Assembly: GCA_023129235.1 (NCBI GenBank) | Contig: JAGMCN010000034.1 | Span: forward strand, 1-38,015 | Reading direction: 5' to 3' | DNA length: 38,015 nucleotides | Source: a candidate division WOR-3 bacterium | GTDB lineage: Bacteria > Hydrothermota > UBA3073 > JACQXS01 | Shown: piece by piece, positions 17,392 to 27,547 of the stretch | Position numbering within the stretch: position 1 is the first letter of the stretch | Layout of the letters: each line of letters begins with the position of its first letter | Notes under the pieces: generated by a model | What the model was told of the DNA's origin: nothing | Databases searched by the model: none | Seen by the model: the letters and a program-made list of their open reading frames with translations, nothing else | Position numbers and translations under genes: made by a program

Positions 17392-17712
17392 AATCTGTTT
17401 ATTAAATAGGTATATATCTGAATAACTTAGCTATCATACAGTAAATGGTTAACAAAGTCAAACAAGTGGTAAATGTATTTGCTGGAGATAAAGTAGAATA
17501 TCTTTCTATTGAGAAGTTTGATGCAATCTTAAGAGATAGATATATTTCTCCGTAAATCAAAGTTCCCATATATTTGACAGCTTTTTGGCCGGCAAACGAG
17601 AGAATATTAGGCATATGCTGAGGACTTTGCTCAATGACTCAATCATCCAATAAAGTGTTAACTAATAACCTGAAGGTCAAGGAAGAAGAATTAAAGAAAG
17701 CACTCTAATCGT

Positions 17713-18504
17713 ATGAAGAAAATTATTTCAAGAAGTAATTCAACGAGAGTATTTGGAAAAGAATATGCCTTATCTTACGATTATTTTTATCAGGATAAAG
17801 ACTACGAAAAAGAATGCGATTTTATTGAGAGCATTTTCAAGAAGTTTTCAGGTAATGTAAAGACAATCCTGGATTTGGGATCTGGGACAGGTGGGCATGC
17901 CTTGATTTTAGCCAAGCGAGGTTATTATGTTATGGGAGTGGACCGTTCTAAAGAGATGCTTGAGATAGCCAAGAGTAAAGCGAAGAAAGAAAACCTTTCT
18001 ATAGAATTTATTCATGGGAATATAACTGATATTGATTTACATCAGAAATTTGACGCTATAATTTCTATGTTTGCGGTGATAAGCTATCAAACTACTAATT
18101 CTGCACTTGCAGGAGGTTGTAAAGTAGCAAGTAAGCATTTAGTCTCAGATGGATTATTTCTTTTTGACTGCTGGAATGGCTCTGCAGTTCTTACTGAAAA
18201 ACCAACTGTGCGTGTCAAGAAAGTAGAGTTAAAGGATAACAAAAAGATAATAAGGTTTACAGATCCTATTCTAAACACCATGAATCACACTGTAGAAACC
18301 CGATTCAAGATCTGGAAGATAGAGAACGATCATTTAATTGACGAGACCAACGAATCTCACTTTATGCGGTTTTTCTTCCCTCAAGAAATCAGGTACTTTC
18401 TTGAAATAGCAGGTTTTTCGGAAGTAGAATTTTGTCCTTTTCTTGAATTGGAAAAGACATTAACAGAACACGATTGGAATATGGCAGTAATAGCCAGGAG
18501 GTAA
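17713..18504 (+). CDS. Class I SAM-dependent methyltransferase, TylM1/DesVI-like (candidate NDP-aminosugar N-methyltransferase)
   Basis: YDYFYQDKDYEKEC, LDLGSGTGGH, GVDRSKEML and FDAIISMF motifs. Confidence 0.8.
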   Translation: MKKIISRSNSTRVFGKEYALSYDYFYQDKDYEKECDFIESIFKKFSGNVKTILDLGSGTGGHALILAKRGYYVMGVDRSKEMLEIAKSKAKKENLSIEFIHGNITDIDLHQKFDAIISMFAVISYQTTNSALAGGCKVASKHLVSDGLFLFDCWNGSAVLTEKPTVRVKKVELKDNKKIIRFTDPILNTMNHTVETRFKIWKIENDHLIDETNESHFMRFFFPQEIRYFLEIAGFSEVEFCPFLELEKTLTEHDWNMAVIARR

Positions 18505-18508
18505 TTTT

Positions 18509-18913
18509 ATGTCTATTGAATGGATAAAAGATGGAGAACAAGTATTAGCAGTAATTATTCCGTTTGATTATAATCCATCAAAAACAGAATTTATAACCCC
18601 GCTTGATTACAAACAACAACTTGGATTTATTGTGTATGAAAGTGGAGAATCTATCACACCACATCTTCATATTCCTATGAATAGAAATTTGATTGGAACA
18701 TCTGAAGTTCTTTTTATAAAATCAGGAAAGGTCAAAGTAGATTTATACACAAAAGATAAAAAATTAGTGGCAACGAGAACTTTAAATCAAGGTGATATAA
18801 TACTATTGGTTAGCGGTGGACACGGGTTTAGAATGCTGAAAGACACTATTATGTTGGAAGTAAAACAGGGTCCATATATTGGGGTAGAAGAAAAAGAGCG
18901 ATTTAATTCATGA
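18509..18913 (+). CDS. Cupin-fold protein of polysaccharide loci
   Basis: PHLH..SEVLFIKSG..GDIILLVSGGHGF..EVKQGPY cupin motifs; ATGA overlap with the next gene. Confidence 0.75.
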   Translation: MSIEWIKDGEQVLAVIIPFDYNPSKTEFITPLDYKQQLGFIVYESGESITPHLHIPMNRNLIGTSEVLFIKSGKVKVDLYTKDKKLVATRTLNQGDIILLVSGGHGFRMLKDTIMLEVKQGPYIGVEEKERFNS

Positions 18914-20019
18914 TACAGGTAAATGAGCCGCTAATTGGTGAGAAAGAATTACAATATGTTACCGAATGTTTAAAGACTGGTTGGATCTCTTCTGCCGGTA
19001 AATTTATAAAAGAATTTGAAGAAAAGTGGGCAGCGTATTGTGGCATGAAATACGGTGTTGCTGTAAGCAATGGGACTACTGCTTTGCAAATTGCCATAGG
19101 ATGCCTTGATTTAGAGCCAGGTGATGAGGTTATAATGCCCACTTTCACTATTATATCTTGTGCCCTTGCGGTTATCTATAGTGGTGGCAAACCAGTCCTT
19201 GTAGATTCTGACCCAAGAACATGGACAATAGATGTTTCTCGGGTTGAGGACAAAGTTACCTCCAGAACCAGGGCGATTATGCCCGTGCATATCTATGGTC
19301 ATCCCTGCGATATGAAGCCAATTCAGGAATTGGCAGGGAAATATAAGCTGGTCATCATAGAAGATGCAGCTGAAGCCCACGGCGCAGAATATAAAGGTAG
19401 AAAATGTGGTGGGCTTGGAGATATTAGTTGTTTTTCTTTTTATGCGAACAAAATCATTACTACTGGGGAAGGTGGAATGGTACTTACAAATAATGAAGAA
19501 TATGATGAAAGGGCAAAGTCTTTAAGAAACCTGTGTTTCAGGAACGATAGACGCTTTTATCATACGGAATTGGGCAGTAATTTCAGGTTAACTAACCTTC
19601 AGGCAGCCATTGGGATTGCTCAACTTGAACGAATTGATGAACTTGTGGAAAAGAAAAGATGGATAGGACATAGTTATAATGAAAAATTGAAAGATATCCC
19701 TTGGCTGATTCTCCCTATTGAGGAATCTTGGGCAAAAAATGTTTACTGGATGTATGGGATTGTGTTGGATGAAAATATGGGGATGGATGCAAAAGGATTT
19801 GCGAGACGATTGCTTGAACATGGTGTGGATACACGGCCATTCTTTTTGGGGATGCATGAACAGCCTGTTTTCCATGAGATGGGGCTTTTTAGAGATGAGC
19901 ATTATCCAGTAACTGAGCAAATTGCACGACAGGGGCTTTACTTGCCATCTGGGCTTACACTAACAGAAGATCAGATAGACGAAATAGCCAAACGGATCAA
20001 AGAAATTTTAACGAAATGA
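18910..20019 (+). CDS. per: DegT/DnrJ/EryC1/StrS aminotransferase, GDP-perosamine synthase-like
   Basis: GWISSAG, SNGTTAL, PVHIYGHP, EDAAEAHGA, SFYANKIITTGEGG (PLP lysine) and GLYLPSG motifs. Confidence 0.85.
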   Translation: MIQVNEPLIGEKELQYVTECLKTGWISSAGKFIKEFEEKWAAYCGMKYGVAVSNGTTALQIAIGCLDLEPGDEVIMPTFTIISCALAVIYSGGKPVLVDSDPRTWTIDVSRVEDKVTSRTRAIMPVHIYGHPCDMKPIQELAGKYKLVIIEDAAEAHGAEYKGRKCGGLGDISCFSFYANKIITTGEGGMVLTNNEEYDERAKSLRNLCFRNDRRFYHTELGSNFRLTNLQAAIGIAQLERIDELVEKKRWIGHSYNEKLKDIPWLILPIEESWAKNVYWMYGIVLDENMGMDAKGFARRLLEHGVDTRPFFLGMHEQPVFHEMGLFRDEHYPVTEQIARQGLYLPSGLTLTEDQIDEIAKRIKEILTK

Positions 20020-21467
20020 AATTAGAAGCTTCTGATATCAAGAAAAAAGCTATTAAATCTGTGAAATGGACAGCCCTTATGGAAATTGTCTCTCGTTCTA
20101 TCCAGCCTATTGTTGTACTAATTCTTGCTCGACTTTTAGCACCAGCAGAGTTTGGTGTTGTTGGTGTGGCAATGATAGTTATTGGACTTGCGCGGATATT
20201 TCAAGACTTTGGACTTGGGAAGACCTTAATCCAGCGAGAGACAGAGATAGATAAGTCAGCAAATATAATCTTCTGGACGAATTTGACGTTATCACTCTTT
20301 CTGTATTTTATACTTTTTATAACTGCACCTTTACTTTCTCAATTTTTCCACGAACCGAAGGTAATAGATGTAATTAGAGTTTTATGTTTACAGATTATTT
20401 TTTTCAGTCTTATATCAGTACATCAATCGTTATTTCAACGGAAATTTCAATTTAAACAACTCTTCCTTATTAGATTATTCTCAGCCATTGTCCCTGGTTG
20501 TGTATCAATTCCTCTGGCATTATCTGGTTATGGTGTATGGTCGTTAGTCTGGGGAACTCTTGCTGGTACTGCTGTTCAGGTTTTGCTTTTCTGGAGAAAT
20601 AGTCCCTGGCGACCTAAATTAAGTTTTGATTTTCAATTAGCAAGGCAATTATTAGGATTTAGTAGTTGGGTTGTCTTGGAAGCATTCTTGGGTTGGTTAA
20701 TTGTATGGGGAGATTCCATAGTTCTCGGTCATTTTCTGGGGGTGAAAGAACTCGGAGTATATCGTGTGGGAGTAACCTTTCTTACGCTTGTTTTTGGTAT
20801 CTTTTTTAGTCCTATATTGCCAGTTGTTTATTCGATTTTTTCTAGATTGCAATCTAATTTATCCGAATTGAAACAATTCTTTCTTAAAATAACTCAATTG
20901 ATAGCAGCAATTTCCTTGCCTATCGGTCTTGGGTTAGCTATATCAGCAAAGTCCATTGCATTAGTCATATTCGGTCGGATGTGGTTGGGAATTGAAATTG
21001 TTATTTTAATTTTGGCAATCTCCGAATCCGTAGCTTGGCTCGTAGCCCATAATCATGAGGCATATAGAGCTATTGGCAGACCAGATATAAACGTAAAACT
21101 TCTCATATTATCTGTTATTTGTTTTCTTCCTGCTTATATATTGGCTGCTCCTCATGGACTTTTTGTATTTTGTTTAGTAAAGTCCGGGGTTGTTATGCTT
21201 ACCATGTTTTTTCATCTTTTTGTAGCCAATAAAGTCTTGCACTTACCATTTACTTACTTATGGAAACTTATTCGGATACCCTTGGTTGCGGCAATACCAA
21301 TGGGATTCGCAATTTACGGTATTACTAATGTAATAAATACATATAGTTGGTTCAGCTTGATTTCAAGTATAATAAGTGGTGGTATTTTTTATCTATTAAC
21401 TCTCTGGATGATAAAGAAAGATTTTGTTAAATGGAGTTTCCGACAGCTGATGGAGATGGCAAGGTAA
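20016..21467 (+). CDS. wzx: Wzx flippase (WzxC-like lipopolysaccharide biosynthesis protein)
   Basis: LARLLAPAEFG, DFGLGKTLIQR, GYGVWSLVWG and GVKELGVY motifs; many TM helices. Confidence 0.9.
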   Translation: MKLEASDIKKKAIKSVKWTALMEIVSRSIQPIVVLILARLLAPAEFGVVGVAMIVIGLARIFQDFGLGKTLIQRETEIDKSANIIFWTNLTLSLFLYFILFITAPLLSQFFHEPKVIDVIRVLCLQIIFFSLISVHQSLFQRKFQFKQLFLIRLFSAIVPGCVSIPLALSGYGVWSLVWGTLAGTAVQVLLFWRNSPWRPKLSFDFQLARQLLGFSSWVVLEAFLGWLIVWGDSIVLGHFLGVKELGVYRVGVTFLTLVFGIFFSPILPVVYSIFSRLQSNLSELKQFFLKITQLIAAISLPIGLGLAISAKSIALVIFGRMWLGIEIVILILAISESVAWLVAHNHEAYRAIGRPDINVKLLILSVICFLPAYILAAPHGLFVFCLVKSGVVMLTMFFHLFVANKVLHLPFTYLWKLIRIPLVAAIPMGFAIYGITNVINTYSWFSLISSIISGGIFYLLTLWMIKKDFVKWSFRQLMEMAR

Positions 21468-21513
21468 ACATGGAAGATAGGATAAGTATTAGGTTTAAGG
21501 AACTCTTGTTAAT

Positions 21514-22328
21514 AAAGGAAATCTTTTAGAGTTGTCAAATGTAGTCAAGATAATAGAAAAAAGTGAACCTGACGAAATCTATAATTTATCTGCCTAAAGT
21601 TCTGTGAAATTATCTTTTAACCAACCGATAGAAACTCTCGAATTCAATATACTTAGTGTGGCAAATTTATTAGAAGGCATAAGAGTTGTCAATCCTAAAA
21701 TAAATTTTTATCAGGCGTCAACCAGTGAAATATTTGGCAAGGTAAAAAAAGAATTTTTACCCGTAAATGAAGACTCTCTATTTAATCCTGTAAGTACCTA
21801 TGGAATATCAAAAGCTACAGCTCACTGGATTACTAAAAACTATAGAGAAGCTTATGGTTTGTTTGCAGTTTGTGGAATCCTTTTTAACCACGAAACTACA
21901 CTTAGAGGTAAAATTTTTGTTACGAAAAAATCCTTAATAGTGCTATTAAAATTAGCAGAGGTTTGGCTGATAATTTGATACTGGGAAATTTGAAGGTTTA
22001 TAGAGATTGGGGATACGCCCCTGAGTATGTAAAGGCAATGTGGCTAATGTTACAACAGAATAAACCACGTGATTATATTATCTGCTCCGGAGAAGCTCAT
22101 AGTTTAGAAGAATTTACAAAGGAAGTATTTAAAAAACTAAATTTAGATTTCAAGAAATTTATAAAGATAGATAAGACCCTTTATAGACCTGTAGAATTAG
22201 AAATTATTTATGGGGACAACACAAAAGCAAAGGAACTTTTAGGATGGCAATATAATATGACTTTTGAACAGTTGATAGATACGCTTGTAAAAGACGAAAT
22301 TGAATACATGAACTGGAAGTTGCATTAA
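21514..22328 (+). pseudogene. gmd: GDP-mannose 4,6-dehydratase pseudogene
   Basis: N-terminal GxxGQDG region absent; in-frame stop TAA at 21595-97 (PDEIYNLSA*SSV, normally Q); frameshift in the A6 run at 21925-30; YQASTSE, YGISK, GILFNHE and RDWGYAPEYV still recognisable. Confidence 0.9.
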
Positions 22329-22331
22329 AAA

Positions 22332-23558
22332 ATGATTAAGGTCTTATTCACAACTCCTGTTCTTGAACATCCTGCGGCAGGAGGTCCTCAACTCCGTATT
22401 GAGAATTCTATTAAGGCGTTGAGTAAAGTTTCAGAATTGCATATCATATCAAGAGCACGTCTTGCTTCTATTGGTGGAATGGATGCACAAAGGTTTTACG
22501 AGAGCTATTGTAAAAAGTTTCTTTACGTTCCCTCTGCCAAGCGACTCTCAAACAATAGATATATGCGAAAGATTCAAAGAACATCAAGAGGATTTTTGAG
22601 TCAAGATTGCAAGTTCATTCTTCAATATGCCGCAAGACATTCCATTAATGTGATTTGGTTTGGGTATGGTAATATTTCATTTGATTTAATCTGCAAAATT
22701 AAAAAGAATCGGTATGATATCCAAGTTGTTTGTGATACCGATAGTGTTTGGTCCAGATTTATCTTGAGGGGACTGCCGTATGAGGAATCTCTCATCAGGA
22801 AACTCAAAATATACACAGCAGGAAAAAAGAAAGAAAGAGAAGAGCAAGTATTGGTAAATTTAGCGGATATTACAACAGCCGTTTCTGATATAGATGCACA
22901 ATATTATCGTTCTATTACAAACGTTCCAGAAAAGATTCAACTCTTTTCAAATGTTCTTGATATTAAGGAGTACAATAAAAAGCCAGAACCACCTAAAGAT
23001 ATAAAACGACCAGCGATATATCTTGCGGGAACATTTAGTCCGAAAAGTCCAATGGACAAAGCAGCTTGGTGGATTATTAAAGATGTGCTACCAATCCTTA
23101 AAAAAGCAATTCCCAACATACATTTTTATATCATAGGTAGGGGGTCGAATCACACTTTTTCTAACGTAAATGATCCGAATATTACTATTACGGGAAAATT
23201 GCCATCTGTACTTCCATATCTGTGTAATGTGGATGTATCGATTGTTCCACTGAGATTTGAATCAGGAACGCGGTTTAAAATCTTGGAGGCAGGTGCTTGT
23301 GATATACCTGTTATATCAACTACTTTGGGCGCTGAGGGGCTACCTGTTACCCATGGGAAAGATATATTGGTTGCGGATTCACCTGAGGAGTTTGCTAATT
23401 CTGTTATAAGGTTAATTCAGGATAAAAATCTATCTTCGCAATTGGCGGAGAATCTCCGTACTTTAGTTCGTTCAAAATTTAGCATCGAACATCTTGAGAT
23501 TGAGGCAGGGAACATTTTGGAGAAACTAAATTGCCACTATGACAAAGAATTTCTCTAA
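22332..23558 (+). CDS. Glycosyltransferase family 4
   Basis: IVPLRFESGTRFKILEAGACDIPVISTTLGAEGL motif. Confidence 0.88.
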   Translation: MIKVLFTTPVLEHPAAGGPQLRIENSIKALSKVSELHIISRARLASIGGMDAQRFYESYCKKFLYVPSAKRLSNNRYMRKIQRTSRGFLSQDCKFILQYAARHSINVIWFGYGNISFDLICKIKKNRYDIQVVCDTDSVWSRFILRGLPYEESLIRKLKIYTAGKKKEREEQVLVNLADITTAVSDIDAQYYRSITNVPEKIQLFSNVLDIKEYNKKPEPPKDIKRPAIYLAGTFSPKSPMDKAAWWIIKDVLPILKKAIPNIHFYIIGRGSNHTFSNVNDPNITITGKLPSVLPYLCNVDVSIVPLRFESGTRFKILEAGACDIPVISTTLGAEGLPVTHGKDILVADSPEEFANSVIRLIQDKNLSSQLAENLRTLVRSKFSIEHLEIEAGNILEKLNCHYDKEFL

Positions 23559-23607
23559 TTTTATTGCAAGCTGGAGTATTTGGTGTTTACAATATTAGGA
23601 GTTGCCA

Positions 23608-24975
23608 ATGACGGAAATACTTTATGGGATCCTCAGCATCATCTTTATGGTGGGTGGCATTGCGGTTGGGAAAATTAGGTTTGGATCATATATCTTTAAC
23701 CCGCCCGGCTTATACAGTCTTATTTGGGGCATTGGGCTTATCGGTCTCAATTTTAGAATATCAAGTGAATTTTATCCACTAAGCCCTCAGGCAAATAATA
23801 TTTTCTTTGTAGCTTGGTTTTTCTTCCTTCTGGGGGTAACTTCTTTTGGCCATCTCGCATGTACTTTTCAGGCAAGAAAGAACCAACTTAGTGAGAGTAT
23901 AGAACAAATAAAGAAATTTTATTTAGTATCTTTGAGTACTTCTATCCTTTTTTTGCTTGTAATGTTGTTCCATATATTGTCCTATGTTAGCATTTATCAA
24001 TATATTATGTTGGCACCGATGTATAGATTAGCGTATTTTTATGCCGACCTTCCGGGTGCAGAAATTTACGCATTATTCCCTTATTCTGGAGCATTCTATA
24101 ATTTAATTGTTTACCCTCTTCTTTTAATATCTGCTATTTATGGTGCCTGTTATGCAAACATTGTTAACCCAAAATGGATACTCTCATATTTACCAATAGG
24201 AGGTGCAATGATATGGTCCATGATTACTCTTGGTCGATTTCCTGTCTTTATTGTGGGAAGTATCTACTTGTTTGCCTGGATGTTCACGGAGAGAAAAAAA
24301 GTTTGGGGAGGAAAAACTCTCCGAATAGGACTATTAATAGGAATTTCTATATTATTTGTCACTTTTTTAGAAAATATACGATTAGGAGAGATGAGAGAAA
24401 TCACAAAATCTTATGCTTATAGCGCGTCTGGAATGAAAGTGCCTTATCTCATAATGAATCCTGTTTATTCTCAATATGGAGGATTGGTACTATTTTCTGT
24501 ATGTCTGCCAGAAACAAGATTCAGAGAGTCTTATTATGGAGGGATTACTTTCAAGGAGTTCCTATGGATTAGAGGTATTGTTATCAGACACATATTGGGA
24601 GACAAAGATTATCGATTCAATCCAGATGCTCTCGTTGATTTGCAAGAAGGTGCCAAGTACATAGGTAATAACATAAAAACGAACGCCTTTCAAACTTATT
24701 TACACGCTCCTTGGCATGATTTTAGGTATTTAGGTATAATTATGTTTCCTTTTATTATGGGTTTTCTTTGTTGTCTGCCATATAGATTTTTTCTTAGAAC
24801 AGGTAGTTTTTACATGTTTGGTTTATATTTATATTTAATTGTAGTATTTATTTTAGTATCAACTATAGTATGGCGACTCTCAGATATTTTTTATTCTTTG
24901 CCTATTTTTTATCTCGTGGCAGGTTATATTTTATGGAAATGGAATAGAAGTCATCCTAAGAAATTAAGGGATTGA
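23608..24975 (+). CDS. wzy: O-antigen/capsule polymerase Wzy
   Basis: About 10-11 hydrophobic segments, periplasmic loop with TNAFQTYLHAPWHDF, position in a wzx/wzc locus; AGGAG RBS before ATG 23608. Confidence 0.78.
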   Translation: MTEILYGILSIIFMVGGIAVGKIRFGSYIFNPPGLYSLIWGIGLIGLNFRISSEFYPLSPQANNIFFVAWFFFLLGVTSFGHLACTFQARKNQLSESIEQIKKFYLVSLSTSILFLLVMLFHILSYVSIYQYIMLAPMYRLAYFYADLPGAEIYALFPYSGAFYNLIVYPLLLISAIYGACYANIVNPKWILSYLPIGGAMIWSMITLGRFPVFIVGSIYLFAWMFTERKKVWGGKTLRIGLLIGISILFVTFLENIRLGEMREITKSYAYSASGMKVPYLIMNPVYSQYGGLVLFSVCLPETRFRESYYGGITFKEFLWIRGIVIRHILGDKDYRFNPDALVDLQEGAKYIGNNIKTNAFQTYLHAPWHDFRYLGIIMFPFIMGFLCCLPYRFFLRTGSFYMFGLYLYLIVVFILVSTIVWRLSDIFYSLPIFYLVAGYILWKWNRSHPKKLRD

Positions 24976-24983
24976 GGTATTTT

Positions 24984-26156
24984 ATGAAAATTGTATTCTT
25001 ATCTCCCATAAGACATTTAGCGAGCATACCATTTGCCATGGAAAGTATCCAGGCATTTGCAGATAGAGAGTATAGGGTAGATGTAATAACCTCTTCCGCC
25101 CTTGAATTAAAATATAAACCGAATCATTTAAAAATTCGTGTTATTACTTATCCGGATAATAAAGGATTATTTGATTATCTATTTATTTCTTTTTTTAAAA
25201 AAGTTTACTTATATCAAAAACACAACTCGTATGATATAGTTATTGGAATGTCTCAGAAAGGCTTAATTGCTGCAACCTTACTTATGTTCCGAAAACCTGT
25301 AATTTATTTTAACGATGAACTATGGACCGGATATGAAGGAAGGAAATGGTACAAAAAAATATATAACAGAGTTTGGAAGTGTATTGAACAGTTTTGCAAT
25401 CGGCGGGTTACATTCTCTGTTAATCAGGACAATCTTCGTGCAGATTTACTTGCCAAGATTAATAAAATTCCCCGTGAATCTATTATACTTTTACCAAATT
25501 CATTTTCAGGAAAAGCCAGCCGAAAGGAAAGCAGTTATCTTCAAAAAAAATTTCACATTCCAGAAAAGTCCAATACTCTTTTATCTATTGGGGCAATCCC
25601 GGTGAACTCAGGATATTTAGAATTGGCTGAGGAAGCAAAAAAATGGCCGGAGGAATTCAGATTGGTGTTTCATATGCGACATCCTGTAAGTCCTCAAAAG
25701 TACTCGTATGCATATAGAACTCTGGAGTCAGCGGATAACAAGCATGTTTATGCTTCCGTATCGCCTGTGTCTTATGAAATTTTAGTGGATATTGTAGCAT
25801 CTTCTAAAATTGGGTTAGCTTTATATGGGAACAGAAACTCCAGAGACCTTAATGCTCTATTCATAGGCTATTCTTCCGGAAAAGTGAATTTATATCTTAA
25901 ACTGGGGATTCCTGTGATTGCACAAGACTTTCCAGGATTTAAGTGGATAGAAGAATCTGGAGCAGGTATTTGTGTGTCTGAATATACAGAAGTTTTTGGT
26001 GCTGCTAAGGATATAATGGCCAATTATAATTTCTATAGTGAAAATGCTCTTAAAACATTTAAAGAACGGCTTAGTTTTGACTGTTCGTTTGAAATCATAG
26101 AAAACAAGGTTAGACGAATTTCAACTAATAAAAATCTGAAAAGGAGAGTTAAATGA
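24984..26156 (+). CDS. GT-B fold glycosyltransferase
   Basis: SSKIGLALY..SSGKVNLYLKLGIPVI motif; GAGG RBS before ATG 24984. Confidence 0.75.
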   Translation: MKIVFLSPIRHLASIPFAMESIQAFADREYRVDVITSSALELKYKPNHLKIRVITYPDNKGLFDYLFISFFKKVYLYQKHNSYDIVIGMSQKGLIAATLLMFRKPVIYFNDELWTGYEGRKWYKKIYNRVWKCIEQFCNRRVTFSVNQDNLRADLLAKINKIPRESIILLPNSFSGKASRKESSYLQKKFHIPEKSNTLLSIGAIPVNSGYLELAEEAKKWPEEFRLVFHMRHPVSPQKYSYAYRTLESADNKHVYASVSPVSYEILVDIVASSKIGLALYGNRNSRDLNALFIGYSSGKVNLYLKLGIPVIAQDFPGFKWIEESGAGICVSEYTEVFGAAKDIMANYNFYSENALKTFKERLSFDCSFEIIENKVRRISTNKNLKRRVK

Positions 26157-27547
26157 AAGCTTTAGAGAGAGAATTGAGAGTATTTATTCCAGAGAATTTT
26201 CCATTAGAAAACAAAGGAGAAGAAGCGATACTTCGAGGTATTGAAGATATGTTATCACAAAGTGGCTTGAGTGTTCTATTTTGTACACTTCCAACCACAT
26301 GCAACAGAAAAAAAATAAAAGGTAATGTAATAATGTATCCCCACGAATGGATACATTCTTCCTGGTATTATTTGACATTTCAACCAGGTTTTTCATTTCC
26401 TGCTTTATACTCAACACTCTGTTGTATTTGTAGACATATCTTAAACAGGTTTTTACCTAATTGGATAAAGATTATGCCTTTGCCTCTGCGATTGCTAATA
26501 TGGTTAGAGAAAGACGTTCCTTGGCTTCGGAAGTTGTTTCCTGAGCGGTATGAAATGCTACAAGAGCTAAAAAAGATGGATATTGTTATCGCAGGACACG
26601 ATGGAGTTTTTCGTCCTAGGGAGTATCATATCCTGAATTTCATGAGAGATATGGGACTGGTGTACGGAATTATAGGCTGTAGTTTAAAACCAGGTAATCC
26701 TAAAATCGCAAGGATGTATGAAAAGAGCTTTTCTAATAGCTTATTTTTATATTTCAGGGAGAAATTCAGCTATGAGTGGGTACAAGAGCAGTTACCCAGT
26801 CTCAAAAAATCTGCAATAGCTCCCGATCCAGCTTTTGCCATGAGACCCGTTGAGACAAAAGAAGTAGATTCTATTATTAAAAAAGAAAAGTTGGATAACA
26901 TCTTCTTAATGCCAGTGGTAATGATGACCGTTACTGAGAATGTTATGATAAAGAGATTTGCATTTAAGGATAAACAAAAAGTCATAAATAAAATAAGAGC
27001 CCATAGATATCTTATGGCAAATTTGGTTCAGCATATTATAGATGAATGGAATGCCTCGATTATTTTTCTACCTCACTCTACAGGTATTACCGATGAATTA
27101 GAGGACAGAAGGATTGCAAAGGAAATTATGAAGTTAGTTAAGAATCCTATGAATAGGGTAAAAATAATATACAATGAAGAATATGGGGCGAGGCAATTGA
27201 AAGGATTGATTGGTAGGGCTGATTTATTGATTGGTGAGAGAGTTCATTCAATTATCGGTGCTGTGGGTGTCAATACACCATTTGTCTGCATTGGCTCAAA
27301 AAATGATTTTCGGATAACCGGGATTATAGGCAACATGTGCCAATGTAGTGACTGCCTCTACTATCTGGAGTCCGCTGCTCTTGAAACATTATGTGCATTT
27401 GCAGATAGCATCTGGAAAAGAAAGGAGGCTATTAGAGAGAGACTTAAGAATGTTTCATCAGAGATGCAGGCACAATTAAGTGGGATAGGAAACGAAATTT
27501 TAGCCTATGTAAAAAGTGGGATGAAAATAAATGAGAGGTCTTTCTGA
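26153..27547 (+). CDS. Polysaccharide pyruvyl transferase family protein (WcaK/CsaB-like)
   Basis: NKGEEAIL, FREKFSY, PDPAF, FLPH and IGERVHSIIGA..TP motifs. Confidence 0.85.
   Translation: MKALERELRVFIPENFPLENKGEEAILRGIEDMLSQSGLSVLFCTLPTTCNRKKIKGNVIMYPHEWIHSSWYYLTFQPGFSFPALYSTLCCICRHILNRFLPNWIKIMPLPLRLLIWLEKDVPWLRKLFPERYEMLQELKKMDIVIAGHDGVFRPREYHILNFMRDMGLVYGIIGCSLKPGNPKIARMYEKSFSNSLFLYFREKFSYEWVQEQLPSLKKSAIAPDPAFAMRPVETKEVDSIIKKEKLDNIFLMPVVMMTVTENVMIKRFAFKDKQKVINKIRAHRYLMANLVQHIIDEWNASIIFLPHSTGITDELEDRRIAKEIMKLVKNPMNRVKIIYNEEYGARQLKGLIGRADLLIGERVHSIIGAVGVNTPFVCIGSKNDFRITGIIGNMCQCSDCLYYLESAALETLCAFADSIWKRKEAIRERLKNVSSEMQAQLSGIGNEILAYVKSGMKINERSF

Noticed and set aside
21925-21930. Programmed frameshift or phase variation in the first gmd
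   Set aside because: The gene also has a nonsense codon and lacks its N-terminal nucleotide-binding motif, so restoring the frame would not rescue it.
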